Source: Prosthecobacter sp. (lineage in GTDB: Bacteria; Verrucomicrobiota; Verrucomicrobiia; Verrucomicrobiales; Verrucomicrobiaceae). Taken from it: DNA of 64,000 bases. This document shows, in pieces, positions 1 to 8,696 of this stretch. Where the stretch lies: the NCBI RefSeq assembly GCF_044227185.1, contig NZ_JBGAFO010000017.1, forward strand, positions 13,117 through 77,116, given 5' to 3'. Below the pieces are notes generated by a model. That model searched no databases. It saw only the letters and a list, made by a program, of their open reading frames with translations, and was not told the DNA's origin. The position numbers were made by a program, and so were the translations under genes. Each line of letters begins with the position of its first letter. Within the stretch, counting starts at the first letter, position 1.

Positions 1-521
1 TGCCCGCCGCCCCGGTGGCGGTGGTGCTGGGCACCTCCCCACGAGCCGCGGATGGCAGGGCGAATCTGTTCTTTCGCCCACGCATGGAGGCTGCGGCGGC
101 GCTCTTCAAAGCCGGCAGGGTGAAGGCGCTGATCGTCAGCGGCGACAACGGCACCCAGGGCTATGACGAACCCACCGACATGAAGAGCATGCTGATGCAG
201 ATGGGCGTGCCGGCGGAAAAGATCCTGTGCGACTACGCGGGATTTCGCACCCTGGACTCCGTGGTGCGCGCAAAAGAGGTGTTTGGGCAACAGCGCGTCA
301 TCTTCGTTTCACAGCGATTTCACAATGCGCGCGCGATTTATCTGGCGCAGGCTTCTGGCATCGAGGCTTTTGGCCTGGATGCCAAGGACGTGCCGGTGGC
401 GCTATCCGTGAAAACGTATATCCGGGAAAAGCTGGCCTGTGTGAAGGCGGTGCTGGATGTGAATGTGCTCGGCACGAAACCTAAGTTTCTCGGCGAGAAG
501 GTGGACGTGCCCCTGGACTAA
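1..521 (+). CDS. sanA: SanA/YdcF (DUF218) family envelope protein, 5'-truncated by the window edge
   Basis: ORF 15..521 is open to the window start. The blocks VSGDNG..YDEP, DYAGFRTLDSVVRAKEVF and VSQRFHNARAIYLA match the conserved SanA core as I recall it from E. coli SanA. The N-terminal membrane anchor is missing, so the start lies upstream of the window. Confidence 0.8.
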   Translation, partial: PAAPVAVVLGTSPRAADGRANLFFRPRMEAAAALFKAGRVKALIVSGDNGTQGYDEPTDMKSMLMQMGVPAEKILCDYAGFRTLDSVVRAKEVFGQQRVIFVSQRFHNARAIYLAQASGIEAFGLDAKDVPVALSVKTYIREKLACVKAVLDVNVLGTKPKFLGEKVDVPLD

Positions 522-3500
522 CCCATCCAGACAGTCAGCGCACGGCGCAAATCCGGACCGGGAGTGACACGGAATGATTCATCCAGTTCGAGCCGGGCTT
601 TGTGGCCGTTCTGGGAGATTTCGAGAAAGACGGGCAGGGTGCCGGGAAAAGCGAGAAGCACCTCCTGAATGCGCTCGAGATCGGTCTCGTCATGCTGCTT
701 GGTGTTAAGCCGTATCACGATGGGCTTTGGCGGAGCGGGCGGCTTGGGCGGCGGTGGCAGAGAGGGATCCGGATCACTGGCATTGCGAGGTTTCGCCGCC
801 TTGGGCTTGAGCGGCGCGGCATTGTTCAGCGTCACGCGGTTGCCGTCCGTCTTCTGGTCTTTGCTGACACGGCAGCGGAGGGCCAGCACGGCTCCGTTGG
901 CCAGCACGTCCTTGAGCTTTTCGTAGTCGTCGCTCCAGCACATCATTTCGATCTGCGCCGTGAAGTCTTCAAAGCGGAAGGTGGCGAAGGGCCGGTTGTC
1001 GCGCTTCGAATAGCGCACCTCGAGCTGGCTGAGAATGCCGGCGATGGAGATGGTCTGCGCCTTCTCCTTGGTGTCAATCTCCTCGATGGCGGCGATCTTG
1101 GTGAGCTTGGGCGAATCAAAATGCCCACGGTAGCTGTCCAGCGGATGGCCGCTGACGTAAAAGCCGAGCAGCTCCTTTTCAAAGGCCAGCACCTCATCGG
1201 TGCTCCAGACTGCGGCGGGGGCCGCGGCTTCGTTCTTCTTGGATTTGGGCTGCGCCAGATCAAAGTCATCAAATAGACCGCCCTGGCCCGCCTTTTTGTC
1301 CTTCTGCATCGAGGCCGCCGAGGCGAGCACCTGCTCGAGCTTGGCAAACATCACGGCGCGCGGCTCTTTGGTGAAGTCAAAGGCTCCCGCTTTGACGAGC
1401 GACTCCATGAGCTTCTTGTTCACCGCACGGTTGTCCAGCCTGGCGGCAAAATCTTCCAGGCTGGTGAAAAGTCCGTTCTTCTCACGCTCGGCAATGGCGG
1501 CCTCCATGGCGCCTTCACCCACGTTTTTGATGGCGCTGAGACCGTAGCGGATGGCGTTCGGCTCCTCGCCTTCGGTTTCAAACCTTTCCGGGGCAAACTT
1601 CAGCGAGGACTTGTTGACGTCCGGCGGCAGCACCTTGATGCCCATCTCAAAGCACTCGCTGACGAAATTGGCGATCTTGTCCGGATTGCTGATTTCATAG
1701 CTGAGCACCGCCGCCATGAACTCCACGGGGAAGTTCGCCTTCAGGTAGGCCGTGCGGTAGGTCACGATCCCGTAGGCGGCGGAGTGCGACTTGTTGAAGC
1801 CGTATTGCGCGAATTTTTCGAGCAGGTCGAAGACCGCATTGGCCTGCTTCACATGGATGCCGTTGGTCTTGTCGCAGCCTTCCACGAAGATGAGGCGCTG
1901 GCGGGCCATCTCGGCCGCGTCTTTTTTACCCATCGCACGGCGGAGCAAGTCAGCTTGTCCGAGCGAGAAGCCGGCAAGCAGGTTCGCCGCCTGCATGACC
2001 TGCTCCTGATAGACCAGAATGCCGTAGGTCTCCTTGGCGATCTTTTCGAGAAGCGGGTGCGGATACTCCACCTCCTCCTCGCCCTTTTTACGTTTGATGT
2101 AGTCGGGGATGAACTGCATCGGGCCCGGGCGGTACAGCGCCAGAATAGCGATGATTTCCTCGATGGTGTCGGGGCCGAGCTGCTTGCAGGTGTTCACCAT
2201 GCCGCCAGATTCCATCTGGAACACCGCGACCGTTTCGCCGCGTTTGATGAGCTCGAATGTCTTGAGGTCGTCCAGTGGCGCGTCCGCCACCTTGAAGCCA
2301 GGCACACGCTTGTGGATCCAGTACTCGGCTTCGTGGATCACCGTCAGCGTCTTGAGGCCGAGGAAGTCCATCTTGAGCATGCCCAGCTCGGTGAGCGGCT
2401 TCATGGCATACTGCGAAAGGATGGCGTCTTCCTTGTCCCGCGTGAGCGCGATGAAGTTGTCGAGCCGGCGGTCGCCGATGACGACACCCGCCGCATGCAC
2501 GCCCGTGCCACGTGTGAGTCCTTCCAGGAAGGTGGCATGCCTCCAGAGCTCCTGCGCATTGCCGTCCGCCTCCAGCTTCGCGGCGAGATCGGGATTCTTC
2601 TTCACCGACTCCTCCAGGTCGATGTTCAGCTCGTTCGGGATCATCTTTGACAGCGCATCGCTGTCGCCATAGCTCCAGCCAAGAACGCGGCCGACATCGC
2701 GAATGACCGACTTCGCACCCATGGTGCCAAAAGTGATGATGTGGCAGACGCTCAGATCACCGTATTTTTCGCGCACGTACTGGATCACCTCCGGACGGCG
2801 TGTCTGGCAGAAGTCGATATCGATATCAGGCGGGCTGACACGCTCGGGATTGAGGAATCGCTCGAACACGAGTTCAAAGCGCAGCGGATCAATGTCCGTG
2901 ATGCCGAGGCAGAAGGCCACGAGCGAGCCTGCGGCGGAACCACGGCCCGGGCCCACAGGAATGTCATGCTCACGCGCCCAGTTGATGAAATCCCAGACGA
3001 TGAGGAAGTAGCTGGTGAAGTTCTTCTCTTTGAGCAGCGCCAGCTCCACCTCCATGCGCTGATGCAGCACTTCGTCATTCAGTGAGCGGTCGCGGCCATA
3101 GCGGCGTTCCAGCCCTTCCATCGTCAGCCGGCGCAGATACTCATTTCGATCCCCGCCGTCCGGCATGGGGTACTGCGGGTAGCGCTCGATGCTGGTGGAG
3201 TCGAGGTGGATCTTCAGATCGCAGCGTTCGGCGATTTCCAGCGTGGCATCGCAGGCCTCGGGGACCTCGGAGAAGAGGGCGCGCATCTCCTCAGCGGTCT
3301 TGAAATAGACCTCCGGTGAGTAGGTCATGCGGTTCTGATCGTAGATGCTCGCGCCCGTGCCGATGCAGATCATGATGTCATGGGACTCATGATCGCTGCG
3401 GTTGAGGAAATGCACGTCATTGGTGGCCACGGTCTTGAGGCCGTACTGCTTCCCCCATTCGATCATCTGCCGGGCGCTCTTGCGCTGGGCCTCCATGTTG

Positions 3501-4039
3501 TGGTCCTGGATTTCGAGGTAGAAGTTTTCGGGGCCGAAGATGTCGCGAAACTCCACCAGGCTTTTCTCCGCCTCGTCCTTGCGGTCGGAGAGCAGGAGCT
3601 CATTGATCTCCCCATTGATGCAGCCGCTGAGGCAGATGAGGCCCTTGGAGTATTCCCGCAGCGCCTCCTTGTCCACCCGCGGCTTGTACCACTGGCCTTC
3701 CAGGTGCCCCTTCGTGATCAGCTTGGAAAGATTTTCAAATCCCTCATTGCTCGCCGCCAGCAGCGTGAGGTGGGAGGAGCGCTTCCGGCCTGCGACCTCG
3801 TTTTTGTCCATCATGGAACCGGGGGCCAGGTAGGCCTCGCAGCCGATGATGCTTTTCACCTTGGCCTTTTTGGCGGCCATGTAGAAGTCGATGGCGCCGT
3901 AAAGATTGCCATGGTCGGTCATCGCCACGGCGGGCATGTTCAGCTCCTTCACGCGCTTCATTAGCGCATCGATGCGCACCGCGCCGTCCAGCAGGGAGTA
4001 CTCGGTGTGAAGATGGAGGTGGACGAAGGAATCTGACAT
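518..4039 (-). CDS. dnaE: DNA polymerase III alpha subunit
   Basis: 1173 aa. PHP-domain N-terminus FVHLHLHTEYSLLDGA, with full-length Pol III alpha architecture through to the C-terminal OB-fold region. Confidence 0.97.
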   Translation of the reverse strand: MSDSFVHLHLHTEYSLLDGAVRIDALMKRVKELNMPAVAMTDHGNLYGAIDFYMAAKKAKVKSIIGCEAYLAPGSMMDKNEVAGRKRSSHLTLLAASNEGFENLSKLITKGHLEGQWYKPRVDKEALREYSKGLICLSGCINGEINELLLSDRKDEAEKSLVEFRDIFGPENFYLEIQDHNMEAQRKSARQMIEWGKQYGLKTVATNDVHFLNRSDHESHDIMICIGTGASIYDQNRMTYSPEVYFKTAEEMRALFSEVPEACDATLEIAERCDLKIHLDSTSIERYPQYPMPDGGDRNEYLRRLTMEGLERRYGRDRSLNDEVLHQRMEVELALLKEKNFTSYFLIVWDFINWAREHDIPVGPGRGSAAGSLVAFCLGITDIDPLRFELVFERFLNPERVSPPDIDIDFCQTRRPEVIQYVREKYGDLSVCHIITFGTMGAKSVIRDVGRVLGWSYGDSDALSKMIPNELNIDLEESVKKNPDLAAKLEADGNAQELWRHATFLEGLTRGTGVHAAGVVIGDRRLDNFIALTRDKEDAILSQYAMKPLTELGMLKMDFLGLKTLTVIHEAEYWIHKRVPGFKVADAPLDDLKTFELIKRGETVAVFQMESGGMVNTCKQLGPDTIEEIIAILALYRPGPMQFIPDYIKRKKGEEEVEYPHPLLEKIAKETYGILVYQEQVMQAANLLAGFSLGQADLLRRAMGKKDAAEMARQRLIFVEGCDKTNGIHVKQANAVFDLLEKFAQYGFNKSHSAAYGIVTYRTAYLKANFPVEFMAAVLSYEISNPDKIANFVSECFEMGIKVLPPDVNKSSLKFAPERFETEGEEPNAIRYGLSAIKNVGEGAMEAAIAEREKNGLFTSLEDFAARLDNRAVNKKLMESLVKAGAFDFTKEPRAVMFAKLEQVLASAASMQKDKKAGQGGLFDDFDLAQPKSKKNEAAAPAAVWSTDEVLAFEKELLGFYVSGHPLDSYRGHFDSPKLTKIAAIEEIDTKEKAQTISIAGILSQLEVRYSKRDNRPFATFRFEDFTAQIEMMCWSDDYEKLKDVLANGAVLALRCRVSKDQKTDGNRVTLNNAAPLKPKAAKPRNASDPDPSLPPPPKPPAPPKPIVIRLNTKQHDETDLERIQEVLLAFPGTLPVFLEISQNGHKARLELDESFRVTPGPDLRRALTVWMG

Positions 4040-4093
4040 GCGGCGGGGGACAGGATTAACCCCTCATGGAAGGGGTGAACAAGTGCGAGTTGT

Positions 4094-4825
4094 TCACATT
4101 TCTCCATCACCCGGTCTGCGGTGGGCGCGATGATGGTGACGGTAACGACTGAGCAGGAGCCAGCCGATGAATACTACGATGCTCACTACCGAAGCGACGA
4201 CCAGAAGATAGACCTGACCGGTCTTCATGGGCGGCGCGCTGCCCGCCGCCGCCGCCGGAGTCATTTTGAGCTGAAAGGGGCGGCTCGTCTCCCCAGGGAA
4301 CACCACCTGCGGGCGGAGCTCGGCCGCCCCGGCCTGGCTGTGCAGCAGGATCAGGCTGGTATTGGCATTTTTGGCAAAATCGACCTGAAAAGTGGCTGCA
4401 TCCGCCGGCAGCCGACCGCTGGCGGTGGCCAGCAGATGGACCTCCTGGGTCTCGGCCTTCAGGGGGGTGTTGTCAGCGCCGTCCATGGCCTGGATTTTGC
4501 AGGCGGGCAGCGGCGTTTTTTTCCCATTGATCAGCAGTCCCAGGGCACTGGCGAGGTACTGCTGCGTCTTTTCATGGGTCGCCGCCACCTGGGCGGGCGT
4601 CTGGTCACGGTACCAGGACGCGGGTACCGGGGGCAGTGAGGTGGGATCTGAGGCCAGAAAGGTGCGGGGATCGACATTGATGCGCAGCGTGTACTCCCCG
4701 GTGGTGCCGAACTCCGCCTCCGCCGTCATATCGGGCACCACGTGGGCGTACGCCGCCCCGGAAACCGCCAGAAGCGCCGAAAAAACCGCCTTCGGAACCC
4801 ATTTGTAAAAAATCCGGACCATCAT
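4094..4825 (-). CDS. Hypothetical secreted protein with C-terminal membrane anchor
   Basis: An internal MM start gives a signal peptide (MMVRIFYKWVPKAVFSALLAVSGAAYA). There is a C-terminal TM helix followed by a His/Arg-rich tail. No family recognised. Confidence 0.6.
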   Translation of the reverse strand: MMVRIFYKWVPKAVFSALLAVSGAAYAHVVPDMTAEAEFGTTGEYTLRINVDPRTFLASDPTSLPPVPASWYRDQTPAQVAATHEKTQQYLASALGLLINGKKTPLPACKIQAMDGADNTPLKAETQEVHLLATASGRLPADAATFQVDFAKNANTSLILLHSQAGAAELRPQVVFPGETSRPFQLKMTPAAAAGSAPPMKTGQVYLLVVASVVSIVVFIGWLLLSRYRHHHRAHRRPGDGEM

Positions 4826-5030
4826 CGCCCATGGTGGAGATGCCCGGGGAGATGGCAAATATATCGTCGCCCCCGGCCCGAAACCCGACAGGATCATAGG
4901 AATTGATTTTCAGGTTGCTCCAGCCCTTTGGAAAGAACCTGCGAAAAACTTTGTAGCTGAAAGATGACCGCGCTTGACTTACGGCGTGTAAATTGCTTCA
5001 AAAGAAAAGAACATTTCGTTTAACACCCGC

Positions 5031-5957
5031 ATGGGAGCCACCCTCAAATCACTGGAGAAGGAACTCGAGATCACCCTCGAGGACTTCAATCTGGTCGGAC
5101 GCAGCCCGGACGCCAGCATCCGGCTGGTGGACGGCGGGGTGTCGCGCCAGCACGCCACCATCCGGCGTGACGGGCAGCTTTTCTGGGTTTCTGACCTCGG
5201 CAGCGCCAACGGCAGCTTCGTCAACGACGTGGCCGTGACCACGGCCCGGGCGCTGCGGCATGGCGACCGGGTGCAGTTTGGCACCAGCACCTTCATTTTT
5301 GACAGCCAGGACGAGGAACGGCCGCCGAGTGAGACCAGCAACGTCAGCACGCAGTCGCTTCACACCATTGCCCTGCCGGTGAAAACGGTGCGCGCCACCC
5401 TGCTGGTGGGTGATCTGCGCAATTTCACCACCATTTCCGCGCAGCTCAGCGCCGAGGAGGTGGCCGCCATGCTGCGCGAGTGGTATGCGCAGTGCGAAAA
5501 AGTTCTCAAAACCCGCGACGCCATCATCGACAAATTCATTGGCGACGGCGTCTTTGCCTACTGGCCGGGAGATGACATCAGCTCACGTGTGAAGGCCACC
5601 GAGGCCGCCAAGATCCTCAGCAGCCCCGACTACAGCGAGTCTCCCAAGCGCAAATGGCTGAAGGAAAACATGAATCTGGAGGTTCACTGCCACATCGGCC
5701 TGAACATCGGCGACGTGGCCCTGGGAGCCATGGGCCGCGGGGTGAACACCGCCGTGGGTGAAGCCGTGAACGTGACCTTCCGTATCGAAAGCCTGACCCG
5801 CAAGCTGCAGGTCCCGGTGCTCGCCGGGGCCCCGTTTCTCAGCGGCTGGGCGGAGGGACTGCAGCTCTACCAAAACGCCGGCATTCATCCGGTGAAGGGC
5901 CAGCCTGATCCTGTAGAGGTCTATTCGCTGATCGACGTGCCGACGATGTCCTTCTAG
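5031..5957 (+). CDS. FHA domain / class III adenylate-guanylate cyclase fusion protein
   Basis: N-terminal FHA motifs (GRSPDASIRL..VSRQHATI..DLGSANGSFVN). The C-terminal cyclase core reads ATLLVGDLRNFT...IDKFIGDGVFAYW. Confidence 0.85.
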   Translation: MGATLKSLEKELEITLEDFNLVGRSPDASIRLVDGGVSRQHATIRRDGQLFWVSDLGSANGSFVNDVAVTTARALRHGDRVQFGTSTFIFDSQDEERPPSETSNVSTQSLHTIALPVKTVRATLLVGDLRNFTTISAQLSAEEVAAMLREWYAQCEKVLKTRDAIIDKFIGDGVFAYWPGDDISSRVKATEAAKILSSPDYSESPKRKWLKENMNLEVHCHIGLNIGDVALGAMGRGVNTAVGEAVNVTFRIESLTRKLQVPVLAGAPFLSGWAEGLQLYQNAGIHPVKGQPDPVEVYSLIDVPTMSF

Positions 5958-5971
5958 GACCGGAAAAGTAC

Positions 5972-5996
5972 TCATCTCGCTCCGCGAGATGAGCCC
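5972..5996. repeat. REP-like palindromic element, copy A
   Basis: 9-bp stem with 3-nt loop: tcatctcgc-tcc-gcgagatga. The 24-nt core catctcgctccgcgagatgagccc is identical to 29058..29081. It lies in a convergent intergenic gap. Confidence 0.7.
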
Positions 5997-6084
5997 AGCG
6001 CTCACACCGCTCATCTGAGTTCTCGTAGTCCGCAGACGTTCTCCTCCGGCGGATGTCTTCGGCACCTCTCGCAGAGCAAGAGGA

Positions 6085-6594
6085 CTACCTCGCTTCGCGG
6101 TCCAGCAGGTTTTGCATGTCCTCCCGCGTCATGCGATAGAGCAACCACTCGCTCATTTTCTTGGCGCCGATGCGCTGCTCATAGACCTGCTGGGCGTTCA
6201 CATTCCAGTCCAGCGCCGTCCATTCCACGCGGCCGCAGCCGCGTTCGTGCGCCAGGCTCACCACCTTTTTCAGCAACGCGCCGCCCACGCCCATCTTGCG
6301 GCGCTCCGGCAGGACGAAGAGGTCTTCGAGATACAAGGTCGGCAGCGCCAGAAAGCTGGAGTACGTCTCCACCAGGATCATGTAGCCGCAGGGCGCGATG
6401 TCTTGGTCAATGAAAGCCAGCCACACCTCAATGCGCGGTTTTGCACCGAGTGCGTCCTCCACCAGTCGTGCCTGCGCGGTTTCGTCCGGCGGCGGCAGCT
6501 TCTCAAACTCAGCCAGTGCGATGACCAGCCGGCAGAATGCCGGCGCGTGCTCACGCGTGAGCGGACGCAGCTCGATCTTCACACCCGCGCTCAT
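6085..6594 (-). CDS. GNAT family N-acetyltransferase
   Basis: 169 aa. Acetyl-CoA binding block RRKMGVGGALLKKVV in a GNAT-sized protein. 4-nt overlap with the miaB stop. Confidence 0.8.
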   Translation of the reverse strand: MSAGVKIELRPLTREHAPAFCRLVIALAEFEKLPPPDETAQARLVEDALGAKPRIEVWLAFIDQDIAPCGYMILVETYSSFLALPTLYLEDLFVLPERRKMGVGGALLKKVVSLAHERGCGRVEWTALDWNVNAQQVYEQRIGAKKMSEWLLYRMTREDMQNLLDREAR

Positions 6595-7949
6595 GCATTG
6601 AGCACAGCATCGCCAAACAGAGTGAAGTGGCCCGCCTCGGCGACACGCACTTTGAAAATCTCGCCGATGTGGCGCTCGGGATTGCCGTCGAAGACCACAA
6701 TTCGGTTGGAACCCGTGCGGCCCGTCAGGCGCTGCTCATTGGTCTTGCTCGGGCCTTCGCAGAGGATTTCGACCTCTTTGCCCACCAGCGCATCATACAT
6801 CGGCAGTGCGATGCGGTTCACCACGCCTAGCAGGTCCTGATTCCGCTCTTCCTTCACACGCTCCGGAACCTGGATCGCGTCTTCCATTTCCGCGGCGGGC
6901 GTGCCGCGCCGCTTGGAATAACGAAACACGAAGGCGTTGTCGAATTGGATGTCCTCAAACATCTGCCGCGTCTCCAGGTAGTGCTCCTCGGTCTCGCCGG
7001 GGAAGCCCACAATCACATCCGTCGTCACCGCGATGTCTGGCCGCGCTGCGCGAATGCGCTGCACGAGCTCGGTGAATTTCGCCGTGGTGTACGGACGGTG
7101 CATGCGCTTCAAAATCGCATCGCTTCCGCTTTGGACGGGCAGATGCACATGCTCGGCGAGTTTGGGCAGATAGGTGAAGGCCTCGATGAGATCCTTCTTG
7201 TAGCCAATCGGATGCGGACTGGTGAAGCGGATGCGCTGGATGCCGGGCACCTCATGCACCGCTTCCAGAAGCTGCACAAAGGGGCTCTTGCCCTCCACGG
7301 CTGGGAATTCATGCCGCCCATACAGATTCACGATCTGGCCGAGCAGGGTGACTTCCTTCACCCCACGATCTGCGAGGCGCTTCACCTCTTCCACAATGTC
7401 CGCGATGGGCCTGCCGCGCTCGCCGCCTCGGGTATAAGGCACGATGCAGAAGGTGCACTTCATGTTGCAGCCCTGCATGATGCTGACAAAGGCGCTGGCC
7501 TGCCTTTCCTTCAGCGTGTGGTCGCGGATGGTGTTCTGGGAGGCGGCCTCCTCCTCAACATCGACGATGGAGAAGCGCTCGTCGTCCATCTGCTTCGCCT
7601 CCTTGGCGCGGATGATCTCGTCCACGTAATCCACCACACGGTGATACTTCTGCGTGCCGACCACGAGGTCCACATTCGCCTTGTCCACCAGCTCGCTGCC
7701 ACGGCTCTGCGCCATGCAGCCCATGAAGCCGGTGACCAGCGGGATGCGCCGGCGGCGGACCATGCCCATCTTCCCAAGCGCCTTCTGCTCCGCCTGATCG
7801 CGCACAGAGCAGGTGTTGATCAGCACCACGTCGGCGTCTTCGTCCCGCGCCGTCATGGTGTAGCCGCGCTCCACGAACATCTGCGACACCTGCTCGGTGT
7901 CGCGTTCGTTCATCTGGCAGCCGTAGGTTTTGATGTGGACGCGGGGCAT
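6591..7949 (-). CDS. miaB: tRNA-i6A37 methylthiotransferase MiaB
   Basis: MPRVHIKTYGCQMNERDTE N-terminus, radical-SAM block GCNMKCTFCIVP, and a C-terminal TRAM domain. The start at 7949 was chosen by homology-typical N-terminal length. Upstream alternatives are 7973 (ATG) and 7988 (TTG). Confidence 0.92.
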   Translation of the reverse strand: MPRVHIKTYGCQMNERDTEQVSQMFVERGYTMTARDEDADVVLINTCSVRDQAEQKALGKMGMVRRRRIPLVTGFMGCMAQSRGSELVDKANVDLVVGTQKYHRVVDYVDEIIRAKEAKQMDDERFSIVDVEEEAASQNTIRDHTLKERQASAFVSIMQGCNMKCTFCIVPYTRGGERGRPIADIVEEVKRLADRGVKEVTLLGQIVNLYGRHEFPAVEGKSPFVQLLEAVHEVPGIQRIRFTSPHPIGYKKDLIEAFTYLPKLAEHVHLPVQSGSDAILKRMHRPYTTAKFTELVQRIRAARPDIAVTTDVIVGFPGETEEHYLETRQMFEDIQFDNAFVFRYSKRRGTPAAEMEDAIQVPERVKEERNQDLLGVVNRIALPMYDALVGKEVEILCEGPSKTNEQRLTGRTGSNRIVVFDGNPERHIGEIFKVRVAEAGHFTLFGDAVLNA

Positions 7950-8030
7950 TGGGGGCAGGCAGCATACTCGCATGTGGCCGGAAGACAACCTCCAGCAAGA
8001 ACCCTGCGCAACCTAGACCGGCCACGGCCA

Positions 8031-8171
8031 AATGACGAAATCCGAATGTGGAATGACGAAACCCGAAATCCGGGCCATTCGACATTCCTCATTGATTCAT
8101 TTCATTCACCCCTGCGGGGCTCCTTTCAGTCGTCTGTCTCGCTGCACTCGGCTCTGGTTTCGTCATTCCCC
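8031..8171. repeat. MITE/REP-like structured intergenic element
   Basis: Perfect 14-bp inverted repeats: ggaatgacgaaacc (8050..8063) and ggtttcgtcattcc (8156..8169). A nested 12-bp hairpin (one mismatch) spans 8044..8087, gaatgtggaatg...cattcgacattc. Two adjacent ~20-nt direct repeats begin aatgacgaaa. Confidence 0.6.
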
Positions 8172-8612
8172 TCAGGCCTTGATCTCAAAGATCGCCTCGA
8201 CTTCCACGGCCGCGCCGGTGGGGAGCTGGGCAAAGCCCAGGGCGCTGCGGGCGTGGTAGCCGTCGCCTTCCTTGCCGAAGATCTCGTGCAGCAGGTCGGA
8301 GCAGCCGTTGATGACCAGATGCTGGTCGCTGTATTCCAGGGTGGAGTTCACGCAGCCGAGCACCTTAATGACCTTCAGGCCGTCCAAGGTGCCATGCGTG
8401 TCCCAGACGGAGCGCAGCACTTTCTCCGCGCAGTTTTTGGCGGCCTTGTAGCCGTCTTCGGTGGAGACGCCGGCACCGAGCTTGCCCTTCAGGTCGCTCA
8501 CATGGCCGGAGGTGAGGAGCTGGTTGCCGCTGCGGATGCAGAGGTTCAGGTAGGCGGGGGGCTGCTTGGTGAAAACAAGGCCGAGGGATTCTGCTTTTTG
8601 CTGGGGTGTCAT
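8172..8612 (-). CDS. RidA/YjgF/L-PSP family protein
   Basis: Only the last 146 aa of the 536-aa track ORF look coding (MTPQQKAESLG...ARSALGFAQLPTGAAVEVEAIFEIKA). This is the typical RidA C-terminal signature. Confidence 0.85.
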   Translation of the reverse strand: MTPQQKAESLGLVFTKQPPAYLNLCIRSGNQLLTSGHVSDLKGKLGAGVSTEDGYKAAKNCAEKVLRSVWDTHGTLDGLKVIKVLGCVNSTLEYSDQHLVINGCSDLLHEIFGKEGDGYHARSALGFAQLPTGAAVEVEAIFEIKA

Positions 8613-8696
8613 GGTGGGAGTGAGAAGTGGATGCAGAATACGATTTGGAAAACGAAAACTGGCAATTGGGCGCGCTCTTCTGCCAATATCTTCGGC

